A stretch of 64,000 bases of DNA. Source: a virus. Lineage: Duplodnaviria > Heunggongvirae > Uroviricota > Caudoviricetes. The position numbers and the translations under genes were made by a program. The stretch's first letter is position 1; each line of letters opens with the position of its first letter. The notes under the pieces were generated by a model that worked only from the letters and a program-made list of their open reading frames with translations, made no database searches and was not told where the DNA came from. The stretch lies in IMG/VR virus record IMGVR_UViG_3300006794_000002, one strand, 5' to 3'. Below, in pieces: positions 19,419-28,436 of this stretch.

Positions 19419-20375
19419 TTAGAACGCCGTTGACTCGTCAGTGACGAGTGTCAGATCGAAGATCGGATCACCGTTAAGCGGACGAAGAATCGTCGCCTCG
19501 ACAGACTGCTCGATGTAGTCGCCAGCGTTTAGCGGCGCACCGATCATGTTCCATCGAACGCGAGGAATATCAATCGTCAACTTGTGCTTAAAGCCTCCGC
19601 CGATTGTCTCGCCTTCAAGGTCAAGACTTACTGCGAACTCGCTCTCATTCAAGAACAAGTCGAAGTCATCGTCGTCGGTGAAGTCCATTGTCAACGACAG
19701 GCCAACATCACGTACGCCAAGGGCGGTTCGCTTCCAAGAACGAGTCTTGCGAAGGGTACCAATCCTTTCTACGTTGTTGCCAAGAGTGAACGTGAAGTTC
19801 TTTACGTTCCCAAGGTCAACGCTATCTCGTGAGACAGACGCGCCTGTGAAGTGGAACGGTAGAACATCATCGTAAGACTCAGATGACGTTGATGAGCCAC
19901 GGCTTTCTCGTGTCGTACCTTCTAGTCCCCAAGAAGCGGTGACAATTTCGTTGAATGCTGCGCTGATGTCCAAGGTGTTAATTCGGATACCACCGTAACG
20001 CATTACCAAAATGTCGCCAAGGCTACTTTCGAACGTGAAGGTCGGAGTGCTGGCATTACCCGGCGTAAACGTTGCTGAATACGCGCCGCTTCCAAGGCTG
20101 GAAGGGGTAATAGTGCCAGAGTGAGAAACCGCGCTCTTTAGGAGATTTCTGATTCCTGTTGGAACCAACTCCATATCCATCGAACCTGAGACAGAGTATG
20201 CACTAGGCATAGCAACTGATCGGTCGCGTGATCCACGCAACTGCTCAGGAATGATGTAGTCCCAAGTGCTGTCTACGTTGAAAGCACTTGCGGGTAGGAA
20301 GATAGTTGGGGCAACGGTCGTACCTTCTGTAGATTCGATACCGTAACCAACATATCCCACTGAGGAAAGAGTCAT
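19419..20375 (-). CDS. major tail (tube) protein
   Basis: 318-aa ORF upstream of the chaperone pair. Position is typical of a siphovirus major tail subunit. Confidence 0.5.
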   Translation of the reverse strand: MTLSSVGYVGYGIESTEGTTVAPTIFLPASAFNVDSTWDYIIPEQLRGSRDRSVAMPSAYSVSGSMDMELVPTGIRNLLKSAVSHSGTITPSSLGSGAYSATFTPGNASTPTFTFESSLGDILVMRYGGIRINTLDISAAFNEIVTASWGLEGTTRESRGSSTSSESYDDVLPFHFTGASVSRDSVDLGNVKNFTFTLGNNVERIGTLRKTRSWKRTALGVRDVGLSLTMDFTDDDDFDLFLNESEFAVSLDLEGETIGGGFKHKLTIDIPRVRWNMIGAPLNAGDYIEQSVEATILRPLNGDPIFDLTLVTDESTAF

Positions 20376-20387
20376 ATTTACTCCGGT

Positions 20388-20864
20388 TTAATCCTGATGC
20401 TGATATTGCCTTTCGACTATCAGCGTGGTGACTGCCGACCTTACGAATGCATCGCCTCGCACATCCGGCACAAAGTTAGTGGACTGAACGGTAAGATTGC
20501 GAACGCCCGACAGACCATCAAGTTGGCGCTTCCCTAGCCTACGCAAGTGGGCGCGTAGAAGGCTGGAAGCCCGGACCAACTCACGGGAGCCAGAGACTTC
20601 CGAAACGAGTGGGTCAAAGTAGTCGGACTGGTTGATAACGAAGACGATGTTAATAACAAGATTGCGGACATCGTATCCGGCTCTACCGACAGTTTCTAGT
20701 TTTGGCTCGTCTACTACGGGAGCGACGAATGCATACGGATACTCATCTACGAGTACCAAGCCCGGATCGTCCCACTTGACATCCGTTAGCGGCAGAAAGT
20801 CCTGAAGACTATCATCGTTGAGAGTCCTCACTTCTTCTATCAATTTGTCAATAACTTCTTCCAC
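20388..20864 (-). CDS. head-tail connector / tail terminator-like protein
   Basis: 158-aa ORF in the head-tail joining module. Called on position only. Confidence 0.35.
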   Translation of the reverse strand: MEEVIDKLIEEVRTLNDDSLQDFLPLTDVKWDDPGLVLVDEYPYAFVAPVVDEPKLETVGRAGYDVRNLVINIVFVINQSDYFDPLVSEVSGSRELVRASSLLRAHLRRLGKRQLDGLSGVRNLTVQSTNFVPDVRGDAFVRSAVTTLIVERQYQHQD

Positions 20865-21553
20865 TACAGTCCTGCCGTTCTTCCTGCTGACATAGAGTAC
20901 ACTGACGTTACCGTACTCTCAGGCATTCCTTCGAATATGTTGGCAACAAAGTACTTACTAATCTGCTCTAGTGCGCCATCCAAGCCTTCCTGATCGAAGA
21001 ACCAGAAAGGTCGAGCGGGCATGTTAACCCATCCCGAACCGGATGCAAACCGCACAGGACCACCGATCTGATTCATGGCCTTAGCGCCCTGAATAGATGC
21101 GGAGAACGTGCGGGAATAAGTTTGACCACTTACATAAGTTTCCCCTGAGTAACCAGCCTCACCCAAGTCACCGCCGCCATATGGCGACTTGTTACCTGTG
21201 CGAAGCGGTGTAGGGTCAATACGGACAGAGAGGTTATTTTTATTCAAACCCCACTTGATAAAGGAGTCGATAGCGCCCCGATAAAGAGCGCCGCTCTGAC
21301 GGAGAATGGGATGGTCAGCGCCGTATCCTCGATCCTGTCGAACCCTCTGAGTATAGGCAGACAGAGGTTTCCATCCACCGACCAGAGAGCCACCAGACGT
21401 GAAGTTGGTTGACCATCTACGTGCTATCGGTGAAACACCAGCAGCCATCAAGAATGGCGAATTGAGTGTCTCATAGGTTCGTCCAAGACCTTTCGCTATG
21501 CTGTTGAATTGAGTATCGACCCAACCCATTCGGTCAACCGTTATCTTGAACAC
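20864..21553 (-). CDS. head-tail connector / tail completion protein
   Basis: 229-aa ORF. ATGA overlaps with both neighbours. Confidence 0.35.
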   Translation of the reverse strand: MFKITVDRMGWVDTQFNSIAKGLGRTYETLNSPFLMAAGVSPIARRWSTNFTSGGSLVGGWKPLSAYTQRVRQDRGYGADHPILRQSGALYRGAIDSFIKWGLNKNNLSVRIDPTPLRTGNKSPYGGGDLGEAGYSGETYVSGQTYSRTFSASIQGAKAMNQIGGPVRFASGSGWVNMPARPFWFFDQEGLDGALEQISKYFVANIFEGMPESTVTSVYSMSAGRTAGL

Positions 21554-22110
21554 TACCCGATCCTGTTGCGCTTATACTTGTACAGAAGATCGACAATCTG
21601 CTCATCGATGTCTTCCACAAGGGCGACTTGATTGAAGTTGGTTCCGCCCCTGAAGAGAGGCTGAAGCAACTTGATAGTCTCTAGTCCGGTTGCGTGTTTA
21701 ATAGGGCCGGGGATCGTGGCGTAGCCAGCGGTGTAGGTCACGGTCCAGATGTATTCTCTGAACCACAGGTTCCTAAACTTGTCTACCCACTCAACCAGTC
21801 CAGCCTTGCCATCAACGATAAGGCCAGAAGGCTCTACGGTTCGAATGTTCTGGTAGACATCAGTACCGTAGATTTCAGAGATTTCAACAACCGGGTACTC
21901 ATTCAAGTACAACTTGGCACGATTGTTTCCTTGAATACGTTCAGTGTATTCAGTAAGTTCGAAATCGTGTTCGGTGTAGTCCTTGATGTTCTGTGTGGCC
22001 GTCTCGATAAAAGTGTCGATATAGGCACCGGCCCCTTCAATCAACTGCCACTGCTTGTCCGTAACAGGAAGAGGCCAGTTCTTTAGTTCTGCGGCTGTAA
22101 TAAATGCCAT
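21553..22110 (-). CDS. head-tail adaptor-like protein
   Basis: 185-aa ORF translationally coupled (TAATG) to the upstream basic ORF. Confidence 0.35.
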   Translation of the reverse strand: MAFITAAELKNWPLPVTDKQWQLIEGAGAYIDTFIETATQNIKDYTEHDFELTEYTERIQGNNRAKLYLNEYPVVEISEIYGTDVYQNIRTVEPSGLIVDGKAGLVEWVDKFRNLWFREYIWTVTYTAGYATIPGPIKHATGLETIKLLQPLFRGGTNFNQVALVEDIDEQIVDLLYKYKRNRIG

Positions 22111-22331
22111 TATGCTGACCTTCTCTTCTTCTTACGCTTCCTATGCCATAGGTTAGTGCGGCGAGCCTTTAACATGGCTACCTTTGCCTTGCCGCGTAGA
22201 CTAAAGTTCACCGTCTTGTATCGACGCTTCGCCGCTGCCGACTTGATTAGGTCGCCCTGCGCCGTCTTCTTCTTGCGGTCTTGGATCAGACGCTTCCGCG
22301 ACTGTGTTGCTGCTTTGATCGCCATTAACAA
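22110..22331 (-). CDS. small highly basic (Lys/Arg-rich) protein
   Basis: 30 of 73 residues are K/R. Its stop overlaps the downstream start (TAATG). Its 5' part overlaps the glycosyltransferase C-terminus, so the start is uncertain. Confidence 0.3.
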   Translation of the reverse strand: MLMAIKAATQSRKRLIQDRKKKTAQGDLIKSAAAKRRYKTVNFSLRGKAKVAMLKARRTNLWHRKRKKKRRSA

Positions 22332-23502
22332 CTTCCTCGACCTTGTTGATAACCATGGTCCTGAAGTTTGACCACTGGTAGTCCTGAACGCGGCTTAGAC
22401 CAGCCTTAGACATTCGCTGAGCCTCGTTAGGGTTTCTTTTGATACGCAGGATAGCCTTCGCAATATCCTGTGGATCAACGTTGCCGTAGCGCGTAGACGA
22501 TTTGTGGACTTCCCAATCTATGATCGGAAGACCAACACCGGCTGGTGATGCTACCTCCCAACCGGCTGCGTATTTCGGAACAACTACCGGAACTCCGCAA
22601 GCCATCGCCTCAGCAGTTGGAAGACCAAAGCCTTCAACCTGAGAAGCGCTGACGAACAGATCGAGCGAATTGTAAATCTCTGCTAGGCCGGGATTCTTAG
22701 GCTCTCCCGTTAGTTCGGGAACGTTAGCGTTAAACTTGTGCATCAACGGGTTGAAGAACGTAATGTCCTGAACTCCGTACATTTCAGCAACCTCTGGAAG
22801 ATTCCAGCCGTCCAGCCAGTAGTGCTGGTAAGGTACCGTGTGCAGATACAGAACAATGTCCTTCTGCTTGTACTGGTGCTTTAGAATGCTCATCGCTTCG
22901 ATGATACGCGGAATCTGCTTGCGACGAACGTTGGTCGCAACGACTCCTACCACGAACTTGCCTTCCCACTTCATCTGCTTACGGACTGCATCGCGCATCC
23001 CGTTGTCTCGTGGAGCGGTGTTGAATACCTCGTGATCTACGCCGTGATAAACGTAGTCAACGTTCTTGCCTAGGTAACGCTTGACAACCTTGGTACCATA
23101 ATCAGTACAGGTAAAGAAGGGCAGGATGCCAAGCATCTTGCGCCAGTCTCTCTGCGCTATCGGCTCTCCCTCAATAGGTACGTATCCGAGAAAACGGTTC
23201 CCATCTGGTATAACGGAAGAGGCCGTGACGAAAGTGCCCGGATCGCACGTCGTATAAACGACATCCGGCCTGAAGTCTTCGATGACGCCGGGAGCGTCGT
23301 GGAAGCCCCAAACGTCGCCATTGTAGCCTGAGGGTGCATAAAAAGCCCCATAATCACTAGTTGGAGTGATGCTTCCGTCAGTTAGACCACCTAGGGAAGC
23401 AACCTCCCATCCTTTACTTTGAAACGCTAGGGCTGCTTCGGCGTTGACTCGTCCGAACCCCGTCTTTAGCATCGGGCTGTCGCCCACTATCAACACGCGC
23501 AT
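22201..23502 (-). CDS. glycosyltransferase, GT-B fold family 1/GT4
   Basis: N-terminus MRVLIVGDS… and the C-terminal GT1 signature VSASQVEGFGLPTAEAMACGVPVVV. Confidence 0.7.
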   Translation of the reverse strand: MRVLIVGDSPMLKTGFGRVNAEAALAFQSKGWEVASLGGLTDGSITPTSDYGAFYAPSGYNGDVWGFHDAPGVIEDFRPDVVYTTCDPGTFVTASSVIPDGNRFLGYVPIEGEPIAQRDWRKMLGILPFFTCTDYGTKVVKRYLGKNVDYVYHGVDHEVFNTAPRDNGMRDAVRKQMKWEGKFVVGVVATNVRRKQIPRIIEAMSILKHQYKQKDIVLYLHTVPYQHYWLDGWNLPEVAEMYGVQDITFFNPLMHKFNANVPELTGEPKNPGLAEIYNSLDLFVSASQVEGFGLPTAEAMACGVPVVVPKYAAGWEVASPAGVGLPIIDWEVHKSSTRYGNVDPQDIAKAILRIKRNPNEAQRMSKAGLSRVQDYQWSNFRTMVINKVEEVVNGDQSSNTVAEASDPRPQEEDGAGRPNQVGSGEASIQDGEL

Positions 23503-23749
23503 TCTTTTCTTCCCTTTCTGTAGCCTCGACCGATTCCTGTACGTACTTGTTTAGATCATTCTCTGTGAAGAGTTTCTTGCCGTCAACGGTTTCATTGAAA
23601 CCCTTGAACCAAGATCGTCTGATCCAATTCTTCTTCTCTACAGGGATTGTCAGCAGCCCACCTTCTGCAACAAGAAGACCGTCGTAGAAGTAAACGATCA
23701 TCTTGGCGTCCATACGACGCTGATGCTTTAGCGTAACTGTTTTGCCCAA
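23414..23749 (-). CDS. hypothetical protein (head module)
   Basis: ORF whose C-terminus overlaps the GT start by ~89 nt, so its end is uncertain. Confidence 0.3.
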   Translation of the reverse strand: MGKTVTLKHQRRMDAKMIVYFYDGLLVAEGGLLTIPVEKKNWIRRSWFKGFNETVDGKKLFTENDLNKYVQESVEATEREEKNARVDSGRQPDAKDGVRTSQRRSSPSVSK

Positions 23750-23761
23750 TTGTTTCTCCTT

Positions 23762-24184
23762 TTAGAAGAACTTCTCTCCGGTCTTCTTTGATGCTTCCAC
23801 CAAGAACATCGGATCAACGCCTTCTGCGAGACTTGATGCATCCTCATAGTCGGTAGGCGGAACCTGACCGGCTGTTTCGAAGATATCACCAGCATCGAAG
23901 GCGTCTCTTACGAGCGTGTCCATTTCTAGCGGTGAAACATCATTCACAATGTTGCCACCAGTATAGACATCGAAATCTCCACCCGCCACCTGAACGGTGT
24001 CGTGGTTTAGTTCGGTAGCCAACTCGTCATTATCAACGTCGTCATGTGACTCTTCGGAAAGAGCGACACGAGCATCTTGATCGTCCTGAACTGGCATTCC
24101 TTCAGCACCGTGTAGGTACTGCTCACTGGCTCGCTCTAACTCAGCGTCATTGCGATCCTGTACATCAACCATTAGTCTCTCCAC
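23762..24184 (-). CDS. acidic protein (possible head decoration / head completion)
   Basis: Asp/Glu-rich 140-aa ORF immediately downstream of the major capsid gene. Confidence 0.35.
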   Translation of the reverse strand: MERLMVDVQDRNDAELERASEQYLHGAEGMPVQDDQDARVALSEESHDDVDNDELATELNHDTVQVAGGDFDVYTGGNIVNDVSPLEMDTLVRDAFDAGDIFETAGQVPPTDYEDASSLAEGVDPMFLVEASKKTGEKFF

Positions 24185-24230
24185 ATGGGAGTAAAGGGGC
24201 CAAGCCGAAGCCTAGCCCCTTCCACTCACC

Positions 24231-25148
24231 TTAAATATCCGGCGTTAGGGTGAAGTTCTGTAGCAACGATGCTGCACCTTCAAGAGCGAAACCGAAGTAG
24301 CCCTTGATGAAGTAGTCAACGCTGTCACGAGTCTTCGCCAGTTCCTCGTACGTCCAATCCTTGTGGACAAGCAAGGTTGCCTTCGAAGCATCGAAGAACA
24401 GAATCTTGCTGTTGTCGCGCCAGTGATTGTCAAGCACGAACGGAAGACTGTCATAAGTCATTACCCGGAAGCCAGCGGCGATTTCCGTCGAGTTGACGAA
24501 TTGCTGCTGAGCCTGAAGCAATGAGTTAATCATCCTCATGACTGGACGAGTTGCAACCGCCATCGTAGCGCCCGCACCAACAACTCCCGTTCCTGATGCT
24601 TCGGCTGCGGCGTCGATAGCCTTGTCTAGCCACTTTAGGCTTAGATAGTCTCCACCAGCATCGACAACCTGACCGGGACCGCCATCGGCGGTGTACAGGC
24701 TAGAGTCGTCGGTAATCTGGTACAGAATACCCTTAATGTCATTGTTACCACCGTTAGCGGTAGCAATGTCCGTAGACAGCCTTTCTACGATTGCTTGCTG
24801 GTGTTCCTCAATGCTTAGCGCCAAAGCGTCAAACGTTGATCCAGCGGCCTCTTGCATAGGGCCAGTGACCTCTCCACGAGTGTACAAGTACTTCATCGTG
24901 TTCGAAACCTTACCGTAAGTGCTGTCCGTAGCAGATGGTAGCGGACCACCATCAATGCTCCAAGATGCACTAGGAAGGCTCAAACGCTGTCGAATGAAGT
25001 ATGTAGCCGTAGCCCATGGTCGCTTGTTGACCGCGTTGTACAAAGTCGGAGACTTTGAAGCGAAGTCACGAATAGCGCCATCGACTACCTCAGGGATAAG
25101 GTACGTGGCAGCGCTTGATGCAAGATCAAGTGCCTTACGAATATCCAT
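24231..25148 (-). CDS. major capsid protein
   Basis: 305-aa ORF after the scaffold/protease gene. Gene order matches an HK97-type capsid module. Confidence 0.55.
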   Translation of the reverse strand: MDIRKALDLASSAATYLIPEVVDGAIRDFASKSPTLYNAVNKRPWATATYFIRQRLSLPSASWSIDGGPLPSATDSTYGKVSNTMKYLYTRGEVTGPMQEAAGSTFDALALSIEEHQQAIVERLSTDIATANGGNNDIKGILYQITDDSSLYTADGGPGQVVDAGGDYLSLKWLDKAIDAAAEASGTGVVGAGATMAVATRPVMRMINSLLQAQQQFVNSTEIAAGFRVMTYDSLPFVLDNHWRDNSKILFFDASKATLLVHKDWTYEELAKTRDSVDYFIKGYFGFALEGAASLLQNFTLTPDI

Positions 25149-26227
25149 TATCTCTTTTTGGTTTCCTCTGCGAGACGAAGGCCAAAGCGCAACTTATCTG
25201 AAGGCGACATGCTCTTCATAAGTTCTGAGAACTCTTGTTCCTCAGCCTTCTTAACTAGAACGTCAGGAGCCGGTGTTGCCGGAATTCTCTCCCTTAGTTC
25301 GTTAATTTCTGCCCGCAACCCGGCAATCTCGCTTGCAGCCTTCTCCAAGATGTCGCTAGCAACTGTCTGAGTATCCTCTGACTTGGTAACGACCTTCTCT
25401 GAAGACTCGGCTGAGGCCGTGTCCGTTGCACCCTCATCATCGCTCAGAACCAACTCAGCGATAAGTGAGGACATTTTTCGATGCATACCGACCAGTTCCC
25501 TGATCTTCTTAGCATCTTCCTTAGTACGCGATGACAGTGCCTTCTCGACAACCTTATCTTCGGCAGTAGTGACTTCTGGTTCTGAAGTTTCCTGTCCTGA
25601 AGCGGCTGCTTCCTTGGCGCTCTCTACGCTCTTCTCTTCTGCTACCTTTTCATCGGTAACGTTCGGAGTGTCTTGTTCTGACATATCTCCCTCGGATGCC
25701 GCATCAGCGGCTTTCTTTAGAACGGTCCCGAATGACGGTGTGTAGATAGGCTTAGTAGTTAAACTTACCTCTTCTAGTGTCGCATCATAGAATGTGCGAA
25801 CACGACCAGCACTCTTTTCGTACTCGTCCTTATAGTCATGGACCTTACCAAACACGCTCATGCCATACTGATAAGGCTTGCCCGTTCTAGGGTTAACCGT
25901 ATCTAGTTTACGCCATAGTTTCTGTGCGCGGTAGTCATCCTGATCCAACTCGACCTCGACACCCAAATCGAAATTCGGTGTGACCCAAGCCTTTACGACC
26001 TCTCCCATTTCTGCGAGAGCGTCGTTCTTGTTGTGCCAGTTCAAAAATGGAACTGGTTGCTGCGCTATTTGCGCGGCGAACTTTGTGACAAGTTCCGGCG
26101 ACAAGCGCTCATTTTGTAGGTCGATCCCTGTTCCGGCTGCTACGCCTTTCAGAATCCATCGGCCATCTTCGGTTGTCGCCTTTTCAAGCGGCATCTCCAA
26201 ATCGAAATCAAACTTTTTCATATCCAC
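25148..26227 (-). CDS. prohead protease / scaffolding protein
   Basis: Globular N-terminal domain, then a long acidic and helical Glu/Lys/Ala-rich region. Sits between the portal and the capsid genes. Confidence 0.5.
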   Translation of the reverse strand: MDMKKFDFDLEMPLEKATTEDGRWILKGVAAGTGIDLQNERLSPELVTKFAAQIAQQPVPFLNWHNKNDALAEMGEVVKAWVTPNFDLGVEVELDQDDYRAQKLWRKLDTVNPRTGKPYQYGMSVFGKVHDYKDEYEKSAGRVRTFYDATLEEVSLTTKPIYTPSFGTVLKKAADAASEGDMSEQDTPNVTDEKVAEEKSVESAKEAAASGQETSEPEVTTAEDKVVEKALSSRTKEDAKKIRELVGMHRKMSSLIAELVLSDDEGATDTASAESSEKVVTKSEDTQTVASDILEKAASEIAGLRAEINELRERIPATPAPDVLVKKAEEQEFSELMKSMSPSDKLRFGLRLAEETKKR

Positions 26228-27618
26228 TATCTGTCACCCTGTTTCGATTGATCCGCCTGATTTGGCGATAACTGCTTGGTCGGAGCGGCGTTCGAAGGGT
26301 TGCGCTGACCAGTGGCAGTCGTTCCGACTCCACTGATTGGTTCAGCCACCATCTGTTGCTCCGCTAGTTTTAGTACCATGTCAATCGGCATGATTCCAGC
26401 AGGAGTCCAGATCATTGGCTTAGAGCCAAGTCCATCTGGAAGGGCTGGCCTACCCATCTCGTTCAAAACGTCATCGATAGTCATTCGACCCATCTTCTGG
26501 TGCTGATCCCAAATGTCAACTTGTTCACGGCGGCGGCGAAGATCGGCTTCGACTGACTCGACAGCGATATCCTCCCATCCGAAGATCGTTTCTAGAAGTT
26601 TGAAGTTAATCTCGTCTTCTATGATGATCTGACGCGGGCGGATAGATTCTGAATGGAAGGCTTCGTTCTGCTCTTTAGAAACAGCGCGGCCTGAGTTTTC
26701 GTGGATACCTAGTTTCTCTAGGTCCACTTCTAGAACCATTGCTATTTCTTGGCGCAGGAACTTACGTCCCTCCATGAACTCCATTTCGACACGAGTAGAC
26801 ACGCTTTTCTCGACCGACACATCTCCTTCGATAAAGAGCGGTCGGTGTGCGTTCTCTGGCCCGGTGTAGTTGGCCTCGATCCATTCGCGTGCGCGAGCGG
26901 CTTCCGCTGCGTCAGCAGTCTTAGCCACGAAGATCGTACCTGTTTGGGCTGCGTTCTTAAAGAACGACTCGTTGTACTCCATTGCGAAGATATCCTGAGC
27001 AACGGAACGCTGTAGGGCGTACAGCGGGCTGATGCCCGTCACATCGCTTTCAGGGTCTTCAAGAGTAAAGTGGAGTATCAGTTCATCTGGATACTCAATG
27101 GCATCGTTATCATTTGCGACAGGACCGTAGCGCCAACGCACTACCTCTCCGCCAATGATGATCGGAGTCATGAATCGAGCATTCAACCGTCGCGCCTTCA
27201 TAGGCGTCCCGTTCAGGCTAAGGATGATGACCCAATAAGACTCACCAAAGATATCTAAGTCCTTGTACGTAAGGCGCAGCAACTTGCGGTACTGCGACTT
27301 TCGGAAGAAGGACATCAGGGCAGCAGACTTAGACTTGTCTACCGCGATAGTTTCTTGCGGATTCGAAGAAACGATGTTGAATCCGCCTGTAGAAAGGAAG
27401 TTAGCCTTGCGGTCAACTGCTGAGCGAATAACAGGGTGCTGTCGGTACATCTCGTAAAAGATGCCCATCTGCCCCTTCTTCTCGTGAACCGCAATGTCGT
27501 TGAATACAGACTTAGCGTTACCAAGTAGAGCAAACTTAGGTCCAAGGCCCGGTGGCGTTATTGTGACTTGCGCCTTTTCTAGTACGACCTCATCGGCCTT
27601 TTTTCTACGTGCTGCCAT
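26227..27618 (-). CDS. portal protein
   Basis: 463-aa ORF directly downstream of the terminase region. Start overlaps the upstream stop. Confidence 0.6.
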   Translation of the reverse strand: MAARRKKADEVVLEKAQVTITPPGLGPKFALLGNAKSVFNDIAVHEKKGQMGIFYEMYRQHPVIRSAVDRKANFLSTGGFNIVSSNPQETIAVDKSKSAALMSFFRKSQYRKLLRLTYKDLDIFGESYWVIILSLNGTPMKARRLNARFMTPIIIGGEVVRWRYGPVANDNDAIEYPDELILHFTLEDPESDVTGISPLYALQRSVAQDIFAMEYNESFFKNAAQTGTIFVAKTADAAEAARAREWIEANYTGPENAHRPLFIEGDVSVEKSVSTRVEMEFMEGRKFLRQEIAMVLEVDLEKLGIHENSGRAVSKEQNEAFHSESIRPRQIIIEDEINFKLLETIFGWEDIAVESVEADLRRRREQVDIWDQHQKMGRMTIDDVLNEMGRPALPDGLGSKPMIWTPAGIMPIDMVLKLAEQQMVAEPISGVGTTATGQRNPSNAAPTKQLSPNQADQSKQGDR

Positions 27619-27818
27619 TAGAGCCTCTTAAACGAGAACGACATCTTTACAGGAAGTCCTCTGACCGTATCAAAAGAAACGGACCACGCGGTTCGACCGA
27701 CCTTAGGATCAGTCTCGATACCGCTCTGAACGATTCTTCTAACCTCTTTCAGCGCTCGCTTAGACGCGGGCGTGATTTCGGTTTTTGTGACCAGCCTATC
27801 CAACTCCTGAACTGTCAT
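27618..27818 (-). CDS. hypothetical small protein
   Basis: 66-aa ORF packed between neighbours. Confidence 0.3.
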   Translation of the reverse strand: MTVQELDRLVTKTEITPASKRALKEVRRIVQSGIETDPKVGRTAWSVSFDTVRGLPVKMSFSFKRL

Positions 27819-28004
27819 TTATCGGGTATCCTTGGCCTTCTGTGACGCCCTCACGGGCCATTCCACTTCGTTGCCACACCCACGGCATGGCCCCCATACC
27901 CTTCCTTCTGCGGAACGGTACAAGTCGCGGTACTTGATGGACAGAATGCCTTCGCTTTCTTTTCCAAAAAGCGTTCCGCAATTCTGACACTTTATATCCT
28001 TCAC
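27819..28004 (-). CDS. zinc-ribbon protein
   Basis: CQNCG…CRGCGNE forms two CxxC pairs. Confidence 0.35.
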   Translation of the reverse strand: MKDIKCQNCGTLFGKESEGILSIKYRDLYRSAEGRVWGPCRGCGNEVEWPVRASQKAKDTR

Positions 28005-28436
28005 CTATATGGCCCCTAGAGCCTTGGCTTCATCGCCCGTGTCGCACCATTCCTCACAGAATCGGTTCCACAGCGGAAGGCCCATGGCATAGCGGAGTTG
28101 AAAGGGATAAACCTTAGTTAAAACCCTTATGTAGTCGTGTGCGCGTCGAGCAAGTGCTTTCGGCATTGAGCGACTATGCTCATACGGAAACACGCCAAAG
28201 TCGATTCGACCGCCCTTGTTGTCCTCTTTCGGGTGGCGGTACTTGTCTTCGTCTCGATTCCAGTTTTCTAGAACCTGACTTCTGAACTTAGCGTCCAAGA
28301 CTAGTGAATCTGACTGGTACACGTTCTTCTCCGTAAAGCGCCAGCATTGCCGACCAGAAGAAGTCGTCGGGATCGCCAGCGAATTTGAAACGCCCTGTCT
28401 CAGTTCTCTTTCGTTTGATACCGTGAGTCTGAGCAA
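28005..28436 (-). CDS. hypothetical protein
   Basis: ORF overlaps the TerL 3' end by ~150 nt. The real start may be the internal Met (MPKALARR…, ~28166). Confidence 0.25.
   Translation of the reverse strand: MLRLTVSNERELRQGVSNSLAIPTTSSGRQCWRFTEKNVYQSDSLVLDAKFRSQVLENWNRDEDKYRHPKEDNKGGRIDFGVFPYEHSRSMPKALARRAHDYIRVLTKVYPFQLRYAMGLPLWNRFCEEWCDTGDEAKALGAI

Noticed and set aside
22156-22371. Plus-strand 71-aa ORF across the GT / basic-protein junction.
   Set aside because: It is antisense to two coupled minus-strand genes and has no RBS.
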